Source of the DNA: Candidatus Parcubacteria bacterium
GTDB lineage: Bacteria; Patescibacteriota; Minisyncoccia; Sungbacterales; SURF-37
Assembly: GCA_003599755.1 (NCBI GenBank)
Contig: QZJO01000009.1
Coordinates: 22,140 to 86,139, forward strand
Direction: 5' to 3'
Length of the DNA: 64,000 bases
The notes beneath the pieces were generated by a model, which worked only from the letters and a program-made list of their open reading frames with translations, made no database searches and was not told the DNA's origin. Of the stretch, positions 57,813 to 64,000 are shown one piece after another. The translations under genes and the position numbers were made by a program. Position 1 is the first letter of the stretch; every line of letters begins with the position of its first letter.

Positions 57813-60800
57813 CTATGGCCCCGCTTCTTCGGGAACGAGGTCGAAGGCGGGATCGCGGGTCCCCGCAACGCCGCTTTCCCAGATGGCAGTATTATTATCT
57901 TCGTTCTGTTCAGCAACTTTATTATCCGGATCTATGCGCACCGTGAGCGGCAACTGGCGGACTTTGCCCGTGAGGCGCTTCATCTGGCCCGGCTCCAATT
58001 TCGACAAATTCACCCGCTTCGGGGAGAGCGAACCTTCGCGGATCTCGATGACTGTTGACGGCGATGCAACCGATCCGCGATTTGCAACCCACACTTCGTA
58101 GAAGAAGTCGCCTTTTTTCGAAAATACTTGCAAGCTTTCTATCGCCAGATCGGGGCCCTCCACGCTGGCTACGTACGCGAAGTCCTCGCCAATCGTGCCG
58201 GCGGCGCTCTGTACTTCCAAACGAAGGATGTATGGCCGGGTATCGGGGAACAGCTTGGGTTCGAGCTTCAAGAATACGCCGTCGGCGGGAAGCGCGGTTC
58301 CTTGCGCCAGCTGCTTCCATGTCCGCGATCCGGTGAAACCGCTCGCCGGCGTCGAAGATACGCGCCACTCAACAAGTCCCTCGACGTCGAAATCCGCGCG
58401 CAGCGAAGCGGTCCGCGTGTTCTCGAGAGGTTGAATCTCTACGGCCGGCCAGACCGCTCCTCCGAGCACGGCAAGGATATCCAAGAATCCGGAGCCTTGG
58501 GAAATCTCGTTTTGCGCAAGCACCGATGCAGAGCCCCTCAGCGCCGCCTTCACCTGGGCAGGCGACCAATCGGGATGCGCGCCGATGAGTAATGCCGCCG
58601 CACCCGCAACGTGCGGCGTAGCCATGGATGTCCCGGAAAGCGCGACATGCTGCGGCCCGCAGTTTGGAGCGTACCCAGCGGTTGCGGCCGCGCAGATGGC
58701 GACGCCCGGGGCGGCGATGTCCGGCTTCATTAGGGAAAGGTTGTTCCAAAGCACGGGGCCGCGAGAGCTGAAGAGCGCAATGAGCTTGTCCTTGCCCGTA
58801 GCCGCGACCGTAATGGCATCCTTCGCCGATCCCGGCGTGCCGATGGACGAGGTCGCGGGTCCGTTATTGCCGGCGGCAACAACCACTACCGACCCCGCCG
58901 CAACAGCGGCATCCACGGCTTGGGCCATAGGATCCGACGGATTGCCGGAACCGCCCAAACTCAAGTTGATGACGTCGGCCGCATCCGAAAGGTCGCCGTC
59001 CTGGTTTGGATCCAGCGCCCGATTGATGCCGGCGATGACATCCGACCAGAATCCGGAGCCCGAATCATCGAGCACGCGGTACGCGAGAATCTTCGCGTCT
59101 GGGGCAACACCTTTCAGTGCGCCGTTGCCGGCGGCCGTTGCCGCAACGTGCGTGCCATGGCCGTTTCCGTCCATCGGGTCGCCGTCATTAGAAACGAAAT
59201 CATACCCGCCGATAACTTTCGTATTGAATTCGGGAGCTGAGATGATATAGGGATCAGACGGATTATAGGTATGACAGTAAATATCCGCCCCCATCGAAAG
59301 CATACACATTCGGTCTCCTTCGGCCTCGAAGTCGTAAGCCACTTTCGTGGTGTTCAGCAAGGCATACCGATCAAGGACTCGATCATACGCCACGATTGAC
59401 GTTATTTCATTAATATTTTTCGTGAAGTACACAAGATTTCCTTCCAGCTCCGCCCGGCTAATCCATTCGTAGAAGGAAAATCCGCTTGCGCCGAGCGTCG
59501 CACCCTCTGCGGCGCTCGAAAACTTCATCTCTTCGTGCACACCCGTGGTGACATTGTAACGATAATACGTATCCCATCGTTCCGTCGCCGGATCGCAAGC
59601 AACATAGAGAATCTCCTCGCCTACAGCGTCGAGCACGGGGCCTGCTTTCGGCGGATTGACCGTGCGCGTCTCGCCCGTCGCGAAATCGAATACAGATATA
59701 CCTGCAAAGCACAACGATGCGGGATTCGGCCAATACGCTTTATCGTTTGCGACCACGGGAGAAATGATATAGCCCCCGGTTTCGGCAACAATGGTTTCCT
59801 GATCCGCATCGATGTCGTAGGCGTATATCTTCAGGGAGCTGGTCGTGTCCTTCATCCGGCTATAGACAATGCGCCCATCATTAATGTCGATCGTGCTCAA
59901 TGCCGTCGCGGCTCCGATTTTTTTATGCGTTTGGGTGCCGCGGTTATACGCATATAGCGCCCCGTTCTGGAAGAACTGATCGGTCGCGAAATACGCGATA
60001 CTATCGCCCCGCATCACGACACGGTGCACTTTGTGACCCGCCTGCACCGGCGGGATGACTTCGGTCGCCCCCGTGGAAAACGAATACAGGTTCAAGCCGC
60101 CCGAGGAAAGATAAACGACCGCATCGCCATCCATATCAAATTGCTGGTCAACCCGGTATGACAGCGGAAATGCGGTCGCGATGGGCTCGGTCGTGATCTT
60201 CGTAAACGGACGATCCGATGAGGGCGACGCGCCAAGATCCGGATGCGTGTAATCTACGCCCGTATCCACGACCGCGATCGTCGTGCCCGCGCCGGTGTAC
60301 CCGGCAGACCAGGCCGCCGCAGCGCCAACCAGCGGCACCGAATCGCTCAACGCAGCTTTCACGATTCCGTTCGGCCATACCGTGAAGCCGGCATTTTGAA
60401 TGGCCGCTGCTTCCTCGGGCGTCGCTTCTATTGCAAACCCGTTAAATGCCGTCTCGAACGTCTGCTTGATCTTGGCTTTGGGCGCGCGAGCCTGGATGGC
60501 GCGCTCGCCCGCGAGACGATCCGCCGCGAGCGTAGCGCGATGCGCCGCCACGACGCTCTTCTTCAACGCCGTGAGCTCTTCGATACGGGCCCGCAACGAC
60601 TCTTTGGCGGCATCGTCCTCTGCTTTGGCCAATTCTTTTTTGAGATCTTTGATCTGGCGCTCGACTTCTCCCTGCTTCTCCGCAAGCGACGGACTCGCCA
60701 GCTTGACGATGTAGCGGGGGGATCCGGGCTCTGCGCTGCCGGCCGGCGCAAGCGGCATATCTTTAAATTTGGAAAGGTCGCGAATGCCGAGCAGTCCTTT

Positions 60801-60953
60801 GTCGCGAATACTTGCAGTCAGGCGAACATCGCCTTCGGATGTTCCGGCAAATGACGTCACAATCGCCAAAAGAACCACCAACAACACCAGCCCCCACGTC
60901 TTCTTCGACTGCAGCCCCCGGTCAATCGCGTCTTGCATGCTCGTCATAGGCAT
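57813..60953 (-). CDS. Membrane-anchored S8 family serine peptidase (subtilase), 1046 aa
   Basis: N-terminal TM anchor and coiled coil. Catalytic triad motifs VAVVDTGVDYTHPDL (Asp), HGTHVAATAAGNG (His), GTSMATPHVAGAAALL (Ser). A ~350-aa insert lies between the Asp and His motifs. Confidence 0.8.
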   Translation of the reverse strand: MPMTSMQDAIDRGLQSKKTWGLVLLVVLLAIVTSFAGTSEGDVRLTASIRDKGLLGIRDLSKFKDMPLAPAGSAEPGSPRYIVKLASPSLAEKQGEVERQIKDLKKELAKAEDDAAKESLRARIEELTALKKSVVAAHRATLAADRLAGERAIQARAPKAKIKQTFETAFNGFAIEATPEEAAAIQNAGFTVWPNGIVKAALSDSVPLVGAAAAWSAGYTGAGTTIAVVDTGVDYTHPDLGASPSSDRPFTKITTEPIATAFPLSYRVDQQFDMDGDAVVYLSSGGLNLYSFSTGATEVIPPVQAGHKVHRVVMRGDSIAYFATDQFFQNGALYAYNRGTQTHKKIGAATALSTIDINDGRIVYSRMKDTTSSLKIYAYDIDADQETIVAETGGYIISPVVANDKAYWPNPASLCFAGISVFDFATGETRTVNPPKAGPVLDAVGEEILYVACDPATERWDTYYRYNVTTGVHEEMKFSSAAEGATLGASGFSFYEWISRAELEGNLVYFTKNINEITSIVAYDRVLDRYALLNTTKVAYDFEAEGDRMCMLSMGADIYCHTYNPSDPYIISAPEFNTKVIGGYDFVSNDGDPMDGNGHGTHVAATAAGNGALKGVAPDAKILAYRVLDDSGSGFWSDVIAGINRALDPNQDGDLSDAADVINLSLGGSGNPSDPMAQAVDAAVAAGSVVVVAAGNNGPATSSIGTPGSAKDAITVAATGKDKLIALFSSRGPVLWNNLSLMKPDIAAPGVAICAAATAGYAPNCGPQHVALSGTSMATPHVAGAAALLIGAHPDWSPAQVKAALRGSASVLAQNEISQGSGFLDILAVLGGAVWPAVEIQPLENTRTASLRADFDVEGLVEWRVSSTPASGFTGSRTWKQLAQGTALPADGVFLKLEPKLFPDTRPYILRLEVQSAAGTIGEDFAYVASVEGPDLAIESLQVFSKKGDFFYEVWVANRGSVASPSTVIEIREGSLSPKRVNLSKLEPGQMKRLTGKVRQLPLTVRIDPDNKVAEQNEDNNTAIWESGVAGTRDPAFDLVPEEAGP

Positions 60954-61037
60954 ACGTTATTCGCGCATCGTGCGGAAAATGGGTGATATCTTATCATGTA
61001 CCGATACATGGTTATAGTCAATGAATGCGTTAACCGC

Positions 61038-62030
61038 TCATAACGGTTGCGGGGCATAGCCGTCCGGAGCATGAAGAAGATACTGCTCAAGCGCTTCGCG
61101 TTTCAAGAGGCCCGCGCGGGCGCCGATACCCTGCACCACGGACATGGAATTGACCGGTCCCCAGCGCAGCGCCTCCGTAAACGGCTTGCCGAGCGCAAGC
61201 GCGGCAACGATAGTTGAAGAAAACGCGTCCCCCGCGCCCGTTCGCGATACCGGCGGCTTAGGATCGGGGTAGACCGGCATGGACCAATATTTGTCTTCGA
61301 AGTCGCGGGCATACGCGCCGTCCGGGCCATCGGTAATGCACACGGCTTTCGGACCGAGCGCATGAATGCCGTCGAGTAATTTTTTGATATCCGATTCCTC
61401 GGTGCCGAGAATCCGCTGCGACTCCTCTTTATTGCAAAAGAATATCTCGGTCCTCCGATAGATACGGGAAAGCGCGTCGATGCCCATTTTCATTTGAAAC
61501 GTGCCGGGCTGGAATGCGAACTTGACGTCCGGATGCGACTCGAAATAATCCGCGAGCGCATCGTGGAATTTCGCGGCATGCTCGCCGAGCGATGACAAAT
61601 ACACCCAATGCGGCGAACCGATATCCGGCAGGCGGTAATCGAATTCCTCGTGCTTGATGAGGATCGTACGGTCGTCCTTATACCAGAGCACGTAATGGTA
61701 GTTGGTTTTCTTTCCCGCGTGCACGGCGATGAATTCGGTGCTCATGCCCTCGCCGGCAAGCGATTCGATAATTTCTTTGCCATGCGCATCATCGCCCACG
61801 TTCGATACGAACGCCGTCTTGAGACCAAGGCGCGCCGCGGTTGTGGCGGCATTCGCGCTGTTGCCTACCCCGGGAACCACATAGACGTTCTCATAGGGAA
61901 TTTTATCGCCGAAGCGCATGCATAATTCGCGCCGCTCCTGGCTAATGGTTACTCGGGCCGAGTCCAGCTTGAGCCGAATAAACGCGTCCGTGACCGTATC
62001 GCCGATACTGACAAAATCGTATTCGGTCAT
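61038..62030 (-). CDS. PfkB-family carbohydrate kinase
   Basis: Ribokinase-fold signature DTTGAGDAFSSTIVAALALG near the C-terminus. Confidence 0.75.
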   Translation of the reverse strand: MTEYDFVSIGDTVTDAFIRLKLDSARVTISQERRELCMRFGDKIPYENVYVVPGVGNSANAATTAARLGLKTAFVSNVGDDAHGKEIIESLAGEGMSTEFIAVHAGKKTNYHYVLWYKDDRTILIKHEEFDYRLPDIGSPHWVYLSSLGEHAAKFHDALADYFESHPDVKFAFQPGTFQMKMGIDALSRIYRRTEIFFCNKEESQRILGTEESDIKKLLDGIHALGPKAVCITDGPDGAYARDFEDKYWSMPVYPDPKPPVSRTGAGDAFSSTIVAALALGKPFTEALRWGPVNSMSVVQGIGARAGLLKREALEQYLLHAPDGYAPQPL

Positions 62031-62038
62031 GGCGGTAA

Positions 62039-62671
62039 TTATAATTCGCTGCTAATCGTAAATGCCTTACGGTCCACGGCAAAAGGTATGCCGTCTTGGC
62101 TGACAAGCATCAGTTCCAAAACATATGCGCCTTCAGCCAGCGGCGCGCCGTCCCATTCTGCGGGCACCGTCCATGCAAACTGACCGGCTGAGGCCTGCAC
62201 GTATCCATCGTCGAGCAGCGCTTGGCGATGCAGTGGATCACAGCGGAATCCGCCGGTGCCGCGCGGCGCGCACGCGGAGGCCGGATATGCCGCGATACGG
62301 ACGCGATACAACACGCGCGGCACTGCCACGGCCGCGGCATCGTTGGGCGGCCGGAAATCCCATGCGATGATCCGTTCCTCGCCCGGCCGCCACACCGCCG
62401 TGCTTGCCGGCTCCACAATACGAACCGGGCGCGCAAGCGGGGCCCCGTCCTCGGCCGGAGCTATCGGGTTGCGATTCGCGGCACCGGTAATGGCAACCGC
62501 GACCAATACCGCCCCGAGGATGCTTGCCCAAGCGAGCCCATTGCTGACGCGCACGGACGGCGCGAACAAATGAAATTCGCGATGCAGCTGCGATGCGGAT
62601 GAAGTGATCGTCCGCATCGAAGGAGGCGGCGGGGCCTTGGGCGGAGGTGGCGGGATTGCGGGCTTATTCAT
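62039..62671 (-). CDS. Hypothetical Pro-rich N-terminally anchored protein
   Basis: Poly-Pro N-terminus, one TM helix and a ~150-aa extracytoplasmic domain. Confidence 0.45.
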   Translation of the reverse strand: MNKPAIPPPPPKAPPPPSMRTITSSASQLHREFHLFAPSVRVSNGLAWASILGAVLVAVAITGAANRNPIAPAEDGAPLARPVRIVEPASTAVWRPGEERIIAWDFRPPNDAAAVAVPRVLYRVRIAAYPASACAPRGTGGFRCDPLHRQALLDDGYVQASAGQFAWTVPAEWDGAPLAEGAYVLELMLVSQDGIPFAVDRKAFTISSEL

Positions 62672-62678
62672 AAAGACA

Positions 62679-63683
62679 TCATTTTCGCTTGATCGCGCGT
62701 TCTGCCGCCTGTCGGATGTGATTGACGCCCATGCCGAAATGCTCGATCAGTTCGGAAGGTGAACCCGATTCGCCGAAGCGGTTTTGCACGCCGATAAACT
62801 CCATCGGCACCGGATGCCGCTGTGCCAATAGCTCGGCCACGGCGGAGCCCATGCCGCCGGTTATCTGATGCTCTTCGACGGTGACGATCGCACCCGCGTC
62901 GCGGGCTGCGGCGACGACTGCCTGCTCGTCCATCGGTTTGATCGAGACCGCATTGAGTACGCGGACTTTGATGCCCGCGTGCTCCAGCTCGGCGGCGGCG
63001 AGCACGGCGTTATGCACGAGCGGGCCGCAGGCGACGATTGCAACATCCGGCTTCGTGTTCGGCGGCTCCACCCAAAATACTTGAGCCTTGCCGATGGCAA
63101 ATGGTGTGCCCGCGGTCGTAAACACCGGCGTCTTTTCCCGCGCGAATCGAACGTAGCAGGGATTCTTCGCGTTCGCGACGGCGATCGTCACCTTCTCCCC
63201 TTCTCCCATGTCGCAGGGCGCAAACACGAACATGTTCGGAATCGGCCGCATGATGGCGATGTCTTCAATAGCCTGATGCGTCGCGCCGTCCGGGCCCACC
63301 GATACGCCCGCATGCGAACCGATAACTTTCACGTTCTGTTCGTTGTAGCAAATGGTCGTGCGGATCTGCTCCCAATTCCGGCCGGGTGAGAACATCGCGT
63401 ACGAAGTAATGAACGGGATTTTGCCCATCGCCGCCATACCCGATGCGACAGCCGCGAGATTCTGCTCCGCAACGCCCATTTCCACGAACCGGTCTGGATA
63501 TTTTCTCGCGAACGGCTCCATGCGGGTGGATTCGGTCAGATCCGCACACAACCCAACTATTTCTGGAGAATCATCCGCCGCTTTAACCAGGCCCGCACCA
63601 AAACCCTCGCGCGTGGGCTTTTGCTCAAGCGCCTTCAAATCCAGCACATTTTCGACTAGCCGGGCCGACGGATTCGCGGGCAT
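62679..63683 (-). CDS. Transketolase family protein, C-terminal subunit of split transketolase
   Basis: Transketolase pyrimidine-binding and C-terminal domains across the full length. The start is Met21 of the long ORF. Confidence 0.8.
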   Translation of the reverse strand: MPANPSARLVENVLDLKALEQKPTREGFGAGLVKAADDSPEIVGLCADLTESTRMEPFARKYPDRFVEMGVAEQNLAAVASGMAAMGKIPFITSYAMFSPGRNWEQIRTTICYNEQNVKVIGSHAGVSVGPDGATHQAIEDIAIMRPIPNMFVFAPCDMGEGEKVTIAVANAKNPCYVRFAREKTPVFTTAGTPFAIGKAQVFWVEPPNTKPDVAIVACGPLVHNAVLAAAELEHAGIKVRVLNAVSIKPMDEQAVVAAARDAGAIVTVEEHQITGGMGSAVAELLAQRHPVPMEFIGVQNRFGESGSPSELIEHFGMGVNHIRQAAERAIKRK

Positions 63684-63685
63684 GG

Positions 63686-64000
63686 TCAGTAAAAACGAAG
63701 TGTCGTAAGTACAGTATCGAACAACTCTAAGCACCCTGGGCACTTTCGCGTGTCAGTAATTCTCATGCCGACATAAACAGCAAAGTCTCTATCCTTAGAC
63801 GCTACTAAGAACTCTTCAACGTCTTGGAAATTGCACGGATTATCCCACTCTGCTGGGGTCGGACACCCCCTTATATACCATCGCAAAGCCTCGTGCCCCG
63901 CAAATTGTGTCATAGCATGTGGCCGCTCATCTATCCAAGCTTGAAACGAGCCACCATCTTGAAAGTCAAGTATACCAAACGAAAGATGGTTCCCTGAATT
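63686..64000 (-). CDS. Hypothetical protein, 5'-partial. The ORF continues beyond the window end.
   Basis: An open frame with no stop runs from 64000 down to 63686. Moderately AT-rich. No recognisable domain. Confidence 0.35.
   Translation of the reverse strand, partial: NSGNHLSFGILDFQDGGSFQAWIDERPHAMTQFAGHEALRWYIRGCPTPAEWDNPCNFQDVEEFLVASKDRDFAVYVGMRITDTRKCPGCLELFDTVLTTLRFY

Overview
This 64 kb window is a high-GC (roughly 63-66 %) bacterial chromosome segment. Genes are short and tightly packed, and AAGGAGG-type ribosome-binding sites are common.

Several universal proteins are unusually short: EF-Ts is 147 aa, RF1 298 aa and UvrC 440 aa. From this I infer, with low confidence, a reduced-genome lineage such as a high-GC Patescibacteria (CPR) member.

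Housekeeping content:
- groES and a partial groEL with an upstream CIRCE operator
- uvrA and uvrC
- a holin-like DUF360 protein followed by secG
- an oligopeptide-type ABC substrate-binding protein and a cupin-type glucose-6-phosphate isomerase
- tRNA-Leu(CAG), RNase J and trpS
- a methylpurine DNA glycosylase and a P-loop nucleotide kinase
- a secreted pectate-lyase-like beta-helix protein
- tRNA-Glu(CUC)
- a cell-wall cluster mraZ-rsmH-ftsL-ftsI-galU-murF, with galU where murE would be expected
- a PspC-domain protein plus two tandem guanylate-kinase-like paralogs
- tRNA-Thr and tRNA-Tyr
- tsf, rpsB, rpmE, prfA, rplY, a class II aldolase, a split transketolase C-subunit and a PfkB kinase
- a 1046-aa membrane-anchored S8 subtilase and a coiled-coil MltB-type lytic transglycosylase

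Two accessory regions stand out.

(1) A low-GC island of about 13 kb (27.05-39.9 kb). Its genes, grouped here by type rather than in gene order, include:
- a DUF1801 protein, a DUF1905 protein and an alpha/beta hydrolase
- a Phd/Doc toxin-antitoxin pair and a DUF4258/DUF2283 toxin-antitoxin-like pair
- two ParB-like nuclease-domain proteins, one overlapping a Dam methylase by 4 nt
- an MmeI-family Type IIL restriction-modification enzyme
- a LexA repressor with a long C-terminal tail, followed by a small membrane protein that may be an SOS toxin
- a high-GC GNAT acetyltransferase just upstream
- the island gene modules are punctuated by two families of palindromic intergenic repeats

(2) An 8 kb high-GC block (41.4-49.3 kb) of short operons for small membrane or unknown proteins. 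It also carries GtrA, two lycopene-cyclase-domain proteins and a Ham1 pyrophosphatase. Four units share a near-identical promoter (TTGAC[G/C]-N16-TGCTTAGCTGA) and a GGCTTCTTCTTTT-type terminator tail. One promoter-terminator unit (45.84-46.27 kb) has no convincing ORF and is a candidate ncRNA.

The tRNA-Tyr locus carries a 17-bp direct repeat of the tRNA 3' end and a duplicated 5' fragment, which look like integration scars. No CRISPR array, rRNA or recombinase gene is visible in the window.
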